Assembly: GCA_030141605.1 (NCBI GenBank)
Contig: JAQGDQ010000095.1
Coordinates: forward strand, 496,001 to 560,000
DNA: 64,000 nucleotides
Source of the DNA: Tubiluchus corallicola
Lineage: Eukaryota > Animalia > Priapulida
Direction of reading: 5' to 3'
Position numbers and translations under genes: made by a program. Below the pieces are notes generated by a model. That model saw only the letters and a program-made list of their open reading frames with translations. It ran no database searches and had not been told where the DNA came from. Shown piece after piece: positions 62,436 to 64,000 of the stretch. Every line of letters starts with the position of its first letter. The stretch's first letter is position 1.

Positions 62436-64000
62436 ATTTGATTTTTGATTTAATTCTTTATTTCAAACATAAGTTCATATTATCATTTACATATATACAA
62501 CATACAACATCATAAAAAGAAAAAACCAATACAAACAAATCACACACGCAAACTTAAATAAACATGAAAACTACAATAGTAGCCTCCACCATTGCTGTCT
62601 TATGTGCGATGTAAATTTAGCATCGCTTACTAAAATTTTCTGGCACATTAAATTATCACTAGTATCAAATCTTTTCATTAAACTTAAGACAGATTTCCTA
62701 CGTAGTACATCAAAATACATCACGCGAATTTCAACACTCATCTCACGAGCACTGTAATCATATGCATATCCAAAAAATAATCTTTTTGACACATTGTGCG
62801 CAATTTTGAGTTTTAAGATATTACAATTATTAAGATGTCTCCAGGTAGACATGCAATAGAATGTATTACAGTAAGCATTAAATAGATATCTTTTAACATC
62901 AACAGAACAATAGCTGAATTTTCTAATAAGTTGGTTTGTACGACAGTAGTATAAGGATCTTTGATTAACAATGTCAAGGTCATCTCGGTTACCATTTGAA
63001 ATAATATGTCCCAAATATTTTTCATTATCACAGGTACGTAAAACATTATTATCTAGTTTGATGTTACCAAACATAAAGTTTCTCATGATGTTTGAATTAA
63101 CAGACATAAGTTTAGTTTTAGCTACATTGATTTTTATGTCAAACTGTTCAGCATACTATTTATACACGTCTAGTAGTTGCTGTAGGGCCGTAATCGTTGT
63201 TGCTAACAAACAAACATCGTCAGCGTACATCAGGTGGTTCATAACCATGTTCGAGACATTGCAAGCAAGTTGGGTGGACGAAAGCTTAACACTTAGATCT
63301 TTAAAATAAAAATTAAAAAGAAAAGGTGACATCTTGCCACCTTGGCGTACTCCATTTCCAATATTAAAAGTTGTAGACTGACTATGTCCCCACCTGACAG
63401 ACATGCCTTGTTGCGCGTAATAAAATGTTAGCAAGCGGATTACAATATTCGGGATTGAAGTCTTGGTGAGTTTGAGAAAAAGCTTGAAGAAATTAACTCT
63501 ATCAAATGCATTTGACGCGTCGATAAAAACAATGTGAACAGAGCTATCGCGACTAATGTAGTAGTCAATGATTTCCTTTAATGTGTTTATGCAAATTTCA
63601 GTGCCAAGTTTTTCTACATAACCAAACTGATTGGGAGTTGTTGGAATATACTGTTTGTATCTGTTAAGTAATAAAATTTCGAATATTTTGCTGGCAATAG
63701 AGGCTAGTGCAATTGGCCTATAGTTATTTGCATTCGTAATATCTTAATTTTTATCCTTTACTAAAGGAATTAATATAGACATCATTAGCGATTCAGGAAG
63801 AAAGCCGTGAATCAAACAGGAGCTAAATAACAAGGATAAAAGAACCGGTAACATTGAGGAAGAATACTTAAAATGTTCGGCCTGTATACCATCAGGACCT
63901 GCAGATTGATGCAAAGTTAGTGTGCCGATTCATCTTGCACCTCTCTAACAGTAAACTTGGGTATAATATCCATATCTTCTGCAAGGGCCCGGTGCAGCTG
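62431..64000 (-). mobile_element. Decayed RTE-X-like non-LTR retrotransposon (RT domain to 3' tail), continuing beyond the window
   Basis: SAGPDGI, NYRPIAL, NQFGY, FIDASNAFDRV, GVRQGGKMSPFLF, NHLMYADD and KYLG read in one frame with in-frame stops at 63744-63746 and 63156-63158; 3' AATAAA followed by an (AAATC)n tail at about 62431-62462. Clade assigned from motif style only. Confidence 0.88.

Overview
This is AT-rich eukaryotic (animal, probably invertebrate) genomic DNA, not prokaryotic, so almost all of the supplied ORF track is noise. Two complete spliced genes lie on the minus strand. FIS1 (mitochondrial fission 1) has 5 coding exons at 66-5730 and encodes 149 aa. A cyclin D gene has 5 coding exons at 9337-59779 and encodes 295 aa, with an LxCxE motif, a cyclin box and a C-terminal TPTDVRDV degron; its third intron is 38.8 kb. 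Directly upstream of the cyclin D promoter are two decayed minus-strand non-LTR retrotransposons (L1/Tx1-type and RTE-X-type) joined by a compound microsatellite. The introns hold MITEs, a Helitron-like end, tRNA-derived fragments, a minisatellite and microsatellites. The most interesting signals are regulatory, all around cyclin D: a dense CAGGTG (Snail/ZEB/bHLH) cluster, a CSL/Su(H) cluster with a paired-site-like arrangement, three let-7 seed matches in the predicted 3'UTR, a candidate microexon or recursive splice site, and a possible degron-less isoform. These are motif-level inferences. I found no direct evidence of a wholly new biological system.
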